DNA of 41,817 nucleotides from Raillietiella orientalis (taxonomy: Eukaryota). The notes under the pieces were generated by a model. The model made no database searches. It was not told the DNA's origin and was given only the letters and a program-made list of their open reading frames with translations. The translations under genes and the position numbers were made by a program. Below, in pieces: positions 8,864-21,997 of this stretch; positions within the stretch are counted from its first letter, which is position 1; each line of letters begins with the position of its first letter. The stretch lies in NCBI GenBank assembly GCA_036172245.1, contig JAYWIR010000010.1, positions 4,960,001-5,001,817 on the forward strand, given 5' to 3'.

Positions 8864-11800
8864 ATTGTGGAAAATGAACTAACAGAGGTGGTGGAAGGAA
8901 TGGCGCGAAGGATGTGCGCACACTCGCCAGGTTCGCTGGTCCGCAGCAGAATTGCAGAAGGACAAGCAAGAACGGGAAGAAAATGAAAAAGCAAATAGGA
9001 AGAAATGAGGGGAAGACGCTTGGAAGGGATCGCTGCCTGTTCCTCTGCATGTTTCCTAAGGTGCCGGCGGGGTGTTGCTGAACGCTTCCCAGCTGCGACC
9101 ATGTTAATGCTTTTCGTGGGACGCAAATGGCCACGCGGAACGATGGCGCGTCCGTGTCTCCCAGGCGTCGCTGCAGGCCGCCACGATCCGGCTCTAGCCG
9201 CAATGAGCTGCTAGGGACGCGGCTGTCGGTAGATGCATCACTTCCAAACGCTCCTGCAATTGTCCCCGGTATCCCGAGGGTGGGCACAAAGTTTAACCAC
9301 CAGGAAGCCTGAGAGCCATTCAGCTGCGGGCGGATCCGCGCTCTGCGTGCCGGCTATAGTTGGGGCTCCCACACAAACCCGGGTCCAGTGAAGTCGGAGG
9401 AGGTTTGAAGAGAAACAAATCCAGTGCAACAGCAGAATCGCCGAATACGAAACCAAAAAGGCCAGATGTAAGTGTTCTCAGGAGGACTGGGGACCATCGG
9501 TAGTCTCGCCGGGGAATAGCCAAGAGCTCGCGGCTGCGAAGACGTAGGGCACTTGGTACCTGCGAGCTCGCTGTAGATCAACCACCCAAGTCTTTCTTCC
9601 TGGAGTTGAACTCTCACGAGACCTTCCACCTTCTTGGCATGCTGCTGCCCCAGAAGCTCCCTCAGGCATCATTGCCGCGTGGGAGGTTCAATCCAGGCTC
9701 AGCTCCCTTGCCACGATGCACGACTGTTTCCTGGAGGCAGAAGTTGTTACAGAAGCAGTACAGCAGCCGCCGCCGTGACTCCGGGCCCGTCTGCTTGCTG
9801 TTCGCCCGCGTGCCCAGTTTCCTGCAAGCAAACGCTACCGTTCGCAAGGCGATCCTGCTGGAGGTGCAGCTGTTCTTCCTGGTCGGTGAGACGTGATGCG
9901 AAGTGCGCAGTGGGCCACGTTGGACAGTATGCCGAGCATACCAAGAAAGTGGATGGGATTGTTTCGCGAGGATGGGCGTCGAAGGCAGAACGAACTCGAG
10001 TGGAAACGTTGGGAATGCTTTCGGTACACTTTCGATGAGACCGATCAGGTGTGAGAAAATCCGAACGTGGAGGAAAGCGTGTATTCCATTTTCTCCAGTT
10101 GTTGACCGTATGCGCCTTGCGCCGCGTCAGAAAAGACGCAGGAGAGCTGTCCTGCTCCGGCGCTGCAAGACGGCCCCGGATCGTCGGCAATCTGAGGAAC
10201 AGGGTCGGGCAAACCGCCTTCGCTTTTTTCGCAGCGCCTCCCTTTTTTGCAACGGAGGAGGGTGCTGAATGCCGGCTGTGCCCTCGCCTGCCTCAGACTG
10301 CTTGGCAACGAATAACGTGGTGCAGAGCGGAGGTGTTTGACGGAATGCCTTTCAGCTCGTTTTCTCCGGGAACCACGTGAGGTCTCGCGACCTGCTTCGA
10401 TCTTCCTCGGCCATCAGCGAACCTTTCTGCGCGCAAGCCTGCGCCGAACTGCGTGCGCAGTGGCGCGACCACGCGCGTGTCTGCGACAAGAAAGGACCAC
10501 TTGTTCCCGAATGGCGATCCCGGAGATGGAGGCCGGCAGGCTTTGCAGATGGAACGCGGAAGAGCTGGCCCGGTCATTGCGGAAGCCGGTCGGATAGCTG
10601 GCTTCTTGCGAAACGACACATCTGCACAACGTCGCTGCCGTTGGCCGTTTCATTTCCTCCCTCCGTTCAATCAAACCTTCGCTACGCGCACGTTCTCCGC
10701 ACCAGAAATGCTGCCGCTTCACCCTTCCCAGCTGTCACCTCTGCAGCACTTCTTCATCGTGCATCCTTTCTTGTGGGTCGCGCGCATACACCAGTTTCAC
10801 CCATCCATCACAAGATGACGCATCTCTGCTGATCTTCGCAGAACCTCTATCGTGAAGCCCGTTTCGCTCGAGCCTCGTTTCCACCGAGGATGGGCAAGAA
10901 GGTAGGCAGCGAAAAAGCGCACGTGCGAAATGCGCCAGCTCACTTGCCATGCACTTTCTCCTTCACGTCACACGGCTTTCCTGCTGCGTTTCACGCCGTC
11001 GTATGCACCGTCACAGCAAACGTTTCCATGCAAATGAAGCACCAGGAGAGAGTCCGCTTCCAGCGACCTCGCTTGCCCCCGCACCGTTTCGCATATCCCG
11101 AGCACAGGCTAGAACGCCGTGACCAGCAAGCAAGCTGTTGCCATCAGGCAGTGGAACGCTGGCTGCCGGTGCGTGCCTGCCGCATCCAACGATTTTTCCT
11201 TGGGTTCGTGCGGTGGTATCCGTCATCGGCGGCAAGCTCCCACGTGGAGCGCATCGCGCTTCTGCAAGCACGCTCTTGCTGCGCGTTCAGCCGTGTGCGG
11301 CGGAGCGGCGCCGCGTTGCTGGCGATCTTACCGGGAAGAAGGGAGGAGAAGGCAGGGAAACGAAGGACGTCGGACAGGTGGACTGCCAGTCTAACGTGGC
11401 GTCGCACGGAAAGTCCGGAACAGTCCACAAATACTGATGTAAGAAACACGCAAAAAGTGTGAGAACGAGACGATGACAGGGGTTTCCGCGTTCGGCCGTT
11501 CCCTGCAAGCGGAACCGGCGCTGCATAACGAACATCTCGCTGCTCGCTCATATCTTCTGGGAGTTCAGGCCGCCTGGCAGCCGTCGTCATGTTGACTTCA
11601 GCGAAAGAAGTGTCGTCTCGAGGAACCGCCCGAGACTCCAGCTGGTGGAGGGTTGCGAAGATAAGGCCTCCTTACGATGAGCGCATCTAACGGAAAGCGG
11701 CCAGGCGTGAAGACGCGGCGCATCCCAATTCTTGGGCTGTCCCCCTGCAGCAGGAGCACGGATGCAGTGGACGAAAAGATGCGGGAGCGTTTCCGCACCA

Positions 11801-12472
11801 GTCTTTGAAGACGCAACTCACCCGCAGACGATGCTTGCGCTCTGGTTGCAATGCAAGCTAACCCATGCGCCATCGGAGCGGGAACACACGCACTCGTCCA
11901 CGCACGAACGAGAGTCCACAAGTTGTTCTGGTGGCACACTGAAGAGTTCACAGCAGCGAAGGACTGCTTTGGGAACATGGCCAGGCGTGGCACCTTCTGC
12001 CGGACTCAGTCGCCCATGGGACGAGTTGATCCCTCCGGTAGGCAACGTCCACTAAAGCAGAAAGCGCTGCCACAAGGGGCGTGGAGAGCCACTTGTGCTG
12101 TTCCTGCAGCACTTCCTCCACTGGACACGATGGGGAAAGGTGCACGCAGCAAAGTTCCAAAACGACCACTTGCCTCGGACGATACCGCCGCATGTCCCGG
12201 TTCGTCGGGCGGCAGGAGAATCAAGAGTGGGCTGCCAAGGGCGAGCACAAGCTGCCTGAAGGGAAGCCGAAGCTTCTCGTGGTGGCGCGCTGGGCATGCG
12301 GCAGCAACGAAAGCAGCAACTGGGGATGATCGAGAGCTTCAGGAAAACTCTTCATCAAGTCGTACACCGAGTGGATTTGGTATACTCGTAGATGCAGTGC
12401 ATGAACGAAGATTTATTGGAACAGGTGCGCTCATCCGCCTGAGAATGGGAAATGAGGTGCCTTTCAAGTTGA
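8864..12472 (+). pseudogene. Duox: Duox-like pseudogene (second EF-hand to C-terminus), units 1/2
   Basis: Motifs in order: NELTEVVEGM (EF-hand); RSSLRHHCRVGGSI ~ HTDLRHIMGVGIAI; RNRVGQTAFAFF ~ HPTIRKKAYNFF; IFLGHQRTFLRASLRR ~ FFLGPGIVYTLDKIVSLR; HLFPNG ~ DLLPSD; DTSAQ ~ LTSAP; then the NADPH-domain motifs from 11611. The motifs sit in different frames in every copy. Confidence 0.6.
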
Positions 12473-13606
12473 GTGTTGAGTGTTCCTCCACGGATGCGTT
12501 TCGCGAAACTCCAAGCCGTGCACGCGCCACCATCCCGCTCACCAGCCTGCTTGCTGTTGTCGCAGGCAACACGCATAGCATGCGCCAACGAACTGTGTCT
12601 TTGAGGCAAGCGCGCGTTCCACGCACCGCTGCTGCGCTGAACAAAAAATCCGACGCCTATTCCGTCCTTCGCGATTCGCCAAACGGGCGTGTGCTGCGCT
12701 GATCCCGACGCTCGTACGGGATGTACGGGAAGGGCCGGTGCACAAGTGCGAGGATATTTTAGGGAACGAAACGCGCGCACGCCTTGGATGGTCACAACGT
12801 ACAAACGACGAAAGACTGCCGCTAGACGGAACGGGAAAAGAGGAAACTAACGAACGGGGTGAATTGTTCCCGAGAATGGGGAAGAGGGAAGATCGAGCCA
12901 AAGTGGAAGCGTGGGCGTGCGAGAAACGCTCCCGTTTACGTTCCTTCGCACTTTTCTGTGCATGAGCGTGCACGGAACCAGGATGAAGTGGCACTCGCCA
13001 AACGCATTGCTCGAGCGTCGGTTGTGTGTGACGTCAGCACGGCCACATCTCAGTTCGGCAACGATTCCTGTTGCTTAGCAAAGGAGATTTTCCCTGACGG
13101 AAGAAACTGCTGTGTGCTGCTTGCGAATTCGGTTGTCGGATCGACTCGCGCATTTCGTGGAAGAGATCGCAACTCGGAGTATCGTACTGCTGCGTAATCC
13201 AGCGCTTATCTACTTGTGCGTCTACTTGTGAATTCGGAAGTTCGTAGCGGATAGCGAATCAATCCCAACCGGAAGTAATTCGCATCCCTGCGAATCCGGA
13301 ACTTCGGATTCGGTTCCGAAACCAAACGGAAAGCGAGTCTTGTCGCTCGTGACCCCGGAAAAAACACATCTCGCCTATCCTGCCGCCGAGGTATCCAGGA
13401 AGGATTACCGTACTGCCAACTTAGAAAAGCCAGTGGCTGTAATTTAGCAGGAAAGGAAAGCAGATCCAGAAACAAAGCTGAGCACCGGTAAGATGAATGC
13501 ACGGTCCGTGAGAATGTGGGAAATCAATCCTGTGGTGCACGTGTGACGCAGGAAGTGATTCGTGGCTTGTGCACGACTTCCAGGTCGAGTCCCTCGCAAT
13601 TGGGAA

Positions 13607-16520
13607 ATGTGCTCAGCCTGGATTGGCATGTCTTCCCTGCGTATCGGGAAGGAGGAGTCCGAATCGCCGAAGCAAAAAGCTTCGTTTCTGACCGCAGACA
13701 CTGAGAGTCTGTACGCGAAGGCATCCTCTGCGACCGTGTCTTCTCCGAGAATCCAGAAGCAAACGGAAGAGGAGTGGCCACCGGAGAGCAGCAGTGAGCC
13801 TTCCCGCACGGAAGCCAAGCCGAAGAGATGGATTTGGTTCAGCTGGAAGAAAGGCAAGGGCAAGAAGAACGGAGCGGAGGAAGCGGGGAGCGGACCAGCC
13901 GAGACAGTACCTGTTGCGAACGGCTCCCCGACTACCGAGAAAAGCTGCAAGAAGCTCGTGAAAGCAACCTCGTTCTTCAAAAGCAACCTCACTCCACAAG
14001 AGAAGGAGAGCAAGGAATGCAGAAAGAGGGGGGAAAAAGCCAGCGAGGAAGCACGGAAGCGAGACCAGAAACGGAAAGATGAACGGAAGAAGAAGAGAAA
14101 CGAGGAGGAAAGACAGAAAGCGAAAGAGAAACGGGAGGAAGATCGGGAATGCAAGAAGAAATGCTGCAACAAACGGAATCGGTTCGTGCTGAAGAAGGTA
14201 GAAGTTCGGGAGCAACAGGAGACGAAGGAACGCGTGCCTGCGAATCGCAAGGCAATAGGCCGGGTGGCGGCTGAAGGCGGCCAGGCTGTTTTCAGCAGGG
14301 CATGGAAACGTGCAGACAGACAGAAGACCACAGACGAAAAAAGTGAAGAAGGAAAAACTGCTGGCTGCCCAGTTCTCCCAGCACAAGGGGCTTGATGCAG
14401 CCCCTGGCAACGTGCTACAGAACAAGGCTCTGGCCCTGAACAGTGAAGCAGCTGCAGGCAAGACAGGGCGACATGGCAAGAAACAGAAGGGCATGCTACT
14501 CTGACCACTGCTCCTGAGCCAAACCAGACAACGAGGAAGCATTCTCTGCCATTCCAGTCCCCAGGAGTCAGACAACATGAACTACCCTCGGCCTGGCCAG
14601 CCGGATAGGTGCTGCAGGCACACAACCTCGACTGCAGAGAAGGCGGAGCCTCCCGGACCGGACAACAGTGTGCTGGCGTTCAGCCGGCCTATGAGGATGT
14701 GCCGGAAGGTTAGGTGAACGGGTTCTGCCTTCGGCCACTGCACACGCGTCTGCTCCCGTTCGGTGCCCCGGGTGGAGTTTGCGGATGCGCGTCGCTCGTT
14801 CTGCACGTTCGCGCACGAACGTACGCGTACGTGTGCGTGGCTCGTGTGGAGCTCGCAACGCGTTTGCATGCGTTTGGTCGAGAAACTTGCTTTTTGTTCG
14901 CTTGCGCGCGAAACAAGGAAGGACGGAAAAGAAGAAGAGCCGTTGCACGTGTTCTTGACCGGAAGCCGGTAGAAGGGGTTGCGCATTTCGGAAAACTGCA
15001 GGCTTGTCTGGAAAGAGCGCCGCTGCGTTGCCTTCGGGAATTTCACAGGCGCGATTTGTTCTTCAAACTCTTTCCGGAACAAGGTGGCCATTTATCCGAG
15101 TGCAAGCGGCTGCGTGAGCATTTTGCCGAGCCGAACGTTCCGGAAGCAAGGCAATTGCACTTGGGATGCGAAGAAAAGGAACGATAATTTCCCTTCGCAC
15201 GAACGTTTCGTGTGCTTCTCTCATGGCAGCGTTTCGACGTGATGGCGGTGGCGGGAGCGGTGCGCCGACGGCTTGCGAGGCACGCGTGTTGCCGTCGCGT
15301 TGTCCGATCGGTTGAATGCATGAAAAATGCTAATGAGACGCTTCTTGTTTTTCCCAAAGGGCAAATCGAGTGCGTGGTCCCGGCACTGGAATCCTTGATA
15401 ACGCGATTGGAGATAGTAGCCACGGCGCTGGAAGCTGCGGCAACGGAGGCCGAACTTGGCGTGGAGCAGTCGGATGGCTTTGGTAATTGCGACTGTCCGC
15501 GTGCAATGGCTTGCTGCTTGCGCAAGTCCGATGTGCACATCCGCGCTGCCTGGAATAGCCGAAATCGGCAGAGCGACGCGTGCAGCGAAGATGAGCTCGA
15601 GCAGCCATTCTCGCTTTCTGTCGACCTAACACGGATTGGCTCATCAGCTCACAACTCACGGGTTGCTAACAGCTCGCAATGGAGAAACAGCGTGCCTTCC
15701 ATCGTCCAGAATGTCGATACCTTGTTTGCCGCTGTTTCCCGAGATCAGCAATCCGTGGCTCGAAGATTACGCCCGAATTGGGAAGGGATCTTTGGCCGTC
15801 TACCGCAATCTGTCGGCCAAGATCTCGGAAGCGGTTCGCAAGCACTCGGACATGGTGCTGAAAGCATTCAAGTAAGCGCTTGTTGTTCATAAGGCCACGA
15901 TGGAAGGTTCCCTCTCCTCGGTTTCCCAGTTGCTAACCATCTTTCTTTCCTGTTGCAGGATCCAGGGGCGTTTGATGCAACTAATATGCCGCTCGCAGGA
16001 ACCCGACGACTCGAAAGTGCTCGACCTCCTTCAACCGCTTTCCGAGTGCATCGTGCAGATCGAGGCATTCGAGCAAAGTCAGCGCGACACCGAGACGCAT
16101 GTTCACCTGTGTGTGATCAGCCAGAGTGTGGCAGCCATCCTTTGGGTGACCATGGTAGGTGGTCGGGCACGCATCCGCAAACTTTCTTTCCTTTTCGTAG
16201 AGCCCCTATCCCGCGGATGCTGTTCAAGACATGATGTTTTTATGCCGACTCCCTGTGAAGCGCGTCCTCCAGGAATGGAAGCAAAAGTGAGTTTCCGGGT
16301 CGAAGGGAAGATCGGGAACAGATGGTGCTTGCTCGTTTCTTTCAGCGATGATCATGTGTGTTGGGTGAAGTCGTGGATGGCCGTATTGTCCGAGTTGCAC
16401 AGTTTGGCGAAAACCCATCACACGACGTGGGTTCCATGGCACGCAAAAGGTGCCAGCGTTGAGGAGCACACCCCACCTCCACCCTTGCCGACCTCTTCCC
16501 ACTCTCCTACGCCCCGGTGA
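13607..16520 (+). CDS. CAP: Chimeric basic-region/CAP-N gene, copy 2
   Basis: Exon 1 is open from 13607 until a private divergent patch (~14253-14716) creates a stop at 14395. Exon 2 is 15360-15482. The exon 3 acceptor reads ttcccg instead of ttccag. Remaining CAP exons are open, and the last exon (16346-16520) ends EEHTPPPPLPTSSHSPTPR*. Confidence 0.75.
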
Positions 16521-17285
16521 CCCGGAAGGCCTGCTTTGCTTGCACGTTCGAATGCAGGCAAAGCAGTCACAATAAATACGTGTCGAATTTCGAATGCTCT
16601 TTCAGTTCTTGAATGGTCCACGACTGCCAAGTCGCCCATTCCACATTACCGAAAGTTTGGCACCATGCGACGGCACCAACCAAGTTGTGCAGAATGCTCA
16701 GCCACTTTTCAGCGTTGTTTTCATTTTGCCTCGTTCCCTCGAATGCTCTGAATGAGGAAAACAAGCAGAAAAGAACCGCAAAAGATCAAAGTCGACTTCG
16801 ACTGCATCCACTCAATTTTGGCACACATTGGAATGGGACGCTCCTTTTTCGCTTCCAAATGCAACACGCACCCTGCGCCGTCCAGCGAGAGCCAACTCTC
16901 GTGAAACCACTGCTCTCCAAAGTAGCGAAGATGAAGTTTCAGCCACAGCGGATTCCACCCAAAGCTGACCAAGGCAGCAACAGTCAGAAGATTGGACGGA
17001 CCCATATTGAGAATCCAAACCGGGCATGCCGTCCACCCATTTAGTACCAGCCGAACAAATTTTCCACTTTTTCCTCACGAAAAGGGAACTCGTTCATCCC
17101 TTCGCACCGCGGTGGGAAGACTATGTCCACTGCTCGTCAGACTTTTCGGATGACTCAAAATAGGAGATTGCGACTGATCTCGTTGTTTCTGCCTGAATGC
17201 CCTGTTCCCTGTTGCACGCAGCATCCAGCTGCTAACCGGATTCGCTTCAGTCCTCACGATGTCGGTCGACTCGTGCCGACATGCC

Positions 17286-20200
17286 ATTGTGGAAAATCTC
17301 ATGGACTCACTGTGGAAGGAATGGCTGAAAGGATGTGCGCAGACTCGCCAGGTTCGCTGGTCCGCAGCAGAATTGCAGAAGGACAAGCAAGAACGGGAAG
17401 AAAATGAAAAAGCAAATAGGAAGAAATGGGGGGAAGACGCTTGGAAGGGATCGCTGCCTGTTCCTCTGCATCTTTCCTAAGGTGCCGGCGGGGTGTTGCT
17501 GAACGCTTCCCAGCTGCGACCATCTTAATGCTTTTCGTGGGAAGCAAATGGCCACGCGGAACGATGGCGCGTCCGTGTCTCCCAGGCGTCGCTGCAGGCC
17601 GCCACGATCCGGCTCTAGCCGCAATGAGCTGCTAGGGACGCGGCTGGCGGTAGATGCATCACTTCCAAACGCTCCTGCAATTGTATCCCCGGTATCCCAA
17701 GGGTGGGCACAACACAGTTTAACCAGCAGGAAGCCTGAGAGCCACAGAATCCACATTCAGCTGCGGGCGGATCCGCGCTCTCCGTGCCGGCTCTAGTTGG
17801 GGCTCCCACACAACCCGCGTCCAGTGAAGTCGGAGGGGCTTTGAAGAGAAACAACCCCAGTGCAACAGCAGAATCGCCGAATACGAAACCAAAAAGGTAA
17901 GATGTAAGTGTTCTCAGGAGGACTGGGGAGCATCGGTAGTCTCTTTGGGGAATAGCCAAGAGCTCGCGGCTGCGTAGACGTAGAGCACTTGGTACCTGCG
18001 AGCTCGCTGTAGATCAACCACCCAAGTCTTTCTTCCTGGAGTTGAACTCTCACGAGACCTTCCACCTTCTTGGCATGCTGCTGCCCAAGAAGCTCCCTCA
18101 GGCATCATTGCCGCGTGGGAGGTTCAATCAGGCTCAGCTCCTTTGCCACGATGCACGACTGTTTCCTGGAGGCAGAAATTGTTACAGAAGCAGTACAGCA
18201 ACCGCCGCCGTGACTCCGGGCCCGTCTGCTGCTATTCGCCCGCGTGCAGTTTCCTGCAAGCAAACGCTACCGTTCGCGGGGCGATCCTGCTGGACGTCCT
18301 GCTCTTCTTCCTGGTCGGTGAGACGTGATGCGAAGTGCGCAGTGGGCCACGTTGGACAGCATGCCGAGCATACCAAGAAAGTGGATGCGATGTTTTCGCA
18401 AGGATGGGCGTCGAAGGCAGAACGAACTCGAGTGCAAACGTTGGGAATGCTTTCGGTACACTTTTGACGAGACCGATCAGGTGTGAGAAAATCCCAACGT
18501 GGGAGAGCGTGTATTCATCTTCTCCAGGTGTTGACCGTATGCGCCTTGCGCCGCGTCAGAAAAGGCCTGGGAGAGCTGTCCTGCTCCGGCGCTGCAAGAC
18601 GGCCCCGGATCGTCGGCAATCCGAGCAACAGGGTCGGGCAAACCGCCTTCGCTTTTTTCGCAGCGCCTCCCTTTTGTGCAACGGAGGAGGGTGCTGTGCC
18701 CTCGCCTGCCTCGCACTGCTTGGCAACGAATGACGTCGTGCAGAGCGGAGGCAGCAGCCACCTCGAGAGCTAGCTCGTTTCTCCGGGAACGCCTGCCGCG
18801 CACAATCTTCGCTTCGATCTTCCTCGGCCATCAGCGAACCTTTCTGCGCGCAATCCTCCCCCCAACTGCGTGCGCAGTGGCGCGACAACGCGCGTGTCTA
18901 CGACAAGAAAGGAACACTTGTTCCCGAATGGCAATCCCGGAGATGGAGGCCGGCAGGCTTTGCAGATGGAACGCGGAAGAGCTGGCTTGGTCATTGCGGA
19001 AGCCGGTCGGATAGCTGGCTTCTTGCGAAACGACGCATCTGCACAACGTCGCTGCCGTTGGCCGTTTCATTTGTTCCCTCCGTTCAAGCAAGCCTTCGCT
19101 ACGCGAACGTTCTCCGCACCGGAAATGCTGCCGCTCCACCCTTCCCAGCTGTCACCTCTGCAGCACTTCTTCATCGTGCATCCTTTCTTGTGGGTCACGC
19201 GCATACACCAGTTTCACCCATCCATCACGAGGTGACGCATCTCTGCTGATCTTCGCAGAACCTCTATCGTGAAGCCCGTTTTGCTCGTGCCTCGTTTCCA
19301 CCGAGGATGGTCAAGAAGGTAGGCAGCGAAAAAGCGCACGTGCGAAATGCGCCAGCTCACTTGCCATGCAGTTTCTCCTTCACGTCACACGGCTTTCCTG
19401 CTGCGTTTCACGCCGTCGTATGCACCGTCACAGCAAACGTTTCCATGCAAATGAAGCAACAGGAGAGAGTCCGCTTCCACCGACCTCGCTTGCCCCCGCA
19501 CCGTTTCGCATGTCGAGCACAGGCTAGAACGCCGTGACCAGCAAGCAAGCTGTTGCCATCAGGCAGTGGAACGCTGGCTGCCGGTGCGTGCCTGCCGCAT
19601 CCAACGATTTTTCCTTGGGTTCGTGCGGTGGTATCCGTCATCGGCGGCAAGCTGCCACGTTGAGCGCATCGCGCTTCTGCAAGCACGCTCTTGCTGCGCG
19701 TTCAGCCGTGTGCGGCGGCGCCGCGGTGCTCGCGATCTTTCCGGGAAGAAGGGAGGATGAAGGCAGGGAAAGGAAGGACGTCGGACAGGTGGACTGCCAG
19801 TCTAACGTGGCGTCGCACGGAAAGGCCGGAACAGTCCACAAATACTCATGTAAGAAACACGCAAAAAGTGTGAGAACGAGACGATGACCGGGGTTTGCGC
19901 GTTCGGCCGTTCCCTGCAAGCGCAACCGGCGCTGCGTAACGAACATCTCGCTGCTCGCTCATATCTTCTGGCAGTTCAGGCCGCCTGGCAGCCGTCGTCA
20001 TGTTGACTTCAGCGAAAGAAGTGTCGTCTCGAGGAACCGCCCGAGACTCCAGCTGGTGGAGGGTTGCGAAGATAAGGCCTCCTTACGAGGAGCGCATCTA
20101 ACGGAAAGCGGCCAGGCGTGAAGAAGCGGCGCATCCCAATTCTTGGGCTGTCCCCCTGGAGCAGGAGCACGGATGCAGTGGAGGAAAAGATGCGGGAGCG

Positions 20201-20864
20201 CATCTTTTCCGCACCAGTCTTTGAAGACGCAACTCCCCCGCAGACGATGCTTGCGCTCTGGTTGCAATGCAAGCTAACCCATGCGCCATCGGAGCGGGAA
20301 CACTTTTGCTGAATCCGCTGCGAACGAAGTCCACAAGTTGTTCTGTTGGCACACTGAAAGATCACAGCAGCGAAGGACTGCTTTGAGGCCTGTAGAAGCC
20401 AAGGCATGGCACCTTTGCGGACCTCAGTCGCCCATGGGACGGGTTGGTGATCCCGCCGGTAGGCAACCTCCACTAAGCGGAAAGCGCCTGCTGTGTGACC
20501 TGTATGGCTGCCGGCGCCTTCCTCCTGGGACACCAGTAGGGGAAGGGTACTGCAACAAAGTTCTCTCCCACCCCTCCTGACAAGGTACCGGCGTATCCCT
20601 GGTCGTCAGGCAACAGGGAATCAAAATGTGCAAGAGACTCGAGCACAGAGCTTTGTAAAAACTCAGAAGCCTCTCGTGGTGGCGCGCTGGGCATGCTGCT
20701 GCGCTGGCAAAGCAGCAATACAGGAGATGACCGAAGGCTTCAGGAAAACTCTTCTTGAGCTCGTACACCGAGTGGATTCGCAGTACTCGTACATGCCGTG
20801 CATCAACGAACGTTTCTTGGAACAGGTGCTTGGAGAATGCAAAATGAGGTGCCTTTCAAGTTGA
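17286..20864 (+). pseudogene. Duox: Duox-like pseudogene, units 2/3
   Basis: Repeat of 8864-12472 with the same collinear motifs. Private divergent patch at ~20305-20720. Confidence 0.6.
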
Positions 20865-21997
20865 GTGTTGAGTGTCCCTTCACGGATGCGTTTCGCGAAA
20901 CTCCAAGCCGTGCACGCGCCACCATCCCGCTCACCAGCCTGCTTGCTGTTGTCGCACGCAAAAAGCAGAGCATGCGCCAACGAACCGTGTCTTTGAGGCA
21001 AGCCCGCGTTCCACGCACCGCTGCTGCGCTGAACAAAAAATCCCACGCCTATTCCGTCCTTCGCGATTCGCCCAACGGGCGTGTGCTGCGCTGATCCCGA
21101 CGCTCGTACGGGATGTACGGGAAGGGCCGGTGCACAAGTGCGAGGATATTCCAGGGAACGGAACGCGCACGCCTTGCATGGTCACAACGTACAAACGACG
21201 AAAGACTGCCGCTAGACGGGACGAGAAAAGAGGAAAGCGACGAACGGGCCGAATTGTTCCCGAGAATGGGGAACAGCGAAGATCGAGCCAAAGTGGGAGC
21301 GTGGGCGTGCGAGAAACGCTCCCGTTTCGCTTCCTTCGCACTTTTCTGCGCATGAGCGTGCACCGAACCAGGATGAAGTGGCACTCGCCCAAGGCATTGC
21401 TCGAGCGTCGGTTGTGTGACGTGAGCACGGCCACCTCTCACTTCGACAACGATTCCCGTTGCTTAGCAAAGGAGATTTTTTCCTGACGGAAGAAGGGAAT
21501 TTGCTGTGTGCTGCTTACCGAATTCGGTTGTCGGATCGACTCGCACATTTCGTGGAAGAGATCGCAACTCAGAGTATCGTACTGCTGCTCCAGCGCTTAT
21601 CTGTGACCGTCTACTTGTGAATTCGGAAGTTCGTAGCGGATAGCGAATCCATCCCAACCGGAAGTAATTCGCATCCCTGCGAATCCGGAACTTCGGATTC
21701 GGTTCCGAAACCAAACGGAAAGCGAGTCTTGTCGCTCGTGACCCCGGAAAAAACACATCTCGCCTATCCTGCCGCCGAGGTATCCAGGAAGGATAACCGT
21801 ACTGCCAAATTAGAAAAGCCAGTGGCTGTAAGGTAGCAGGAAAGGAAAGCAGATCTAGAAACAAAGCTGAGCCACCGGTAAAGATGAATGCAGGGTCCGT
21901 GAGAATGTGGAAATCAATCCTGTGGTGCACGTGTGACGCAGGAAGTGATTCGTGAAGCATTGCACGACTTCCAGGTCGAGTCCCTCGCAATTGGGAG

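Noticed and set aside
9740..9896. QYSNRRRDSGPVCLLFA as a Ulp1/SENP protease motif
   Set aside because: No catalytic Cys, His or Asp context, and the region fits the Duox transmembrane segment.
10709..10818. VARIHQFHPSIT resembling the NOX5 FAD motif IARYEWHPFTIS
   Set aside because: The Duox-collinear FAD motifs (HLFPNG, TSAQ) already lie just upstream, and the other motifs fit Duox better than NOX5. Probably chance.
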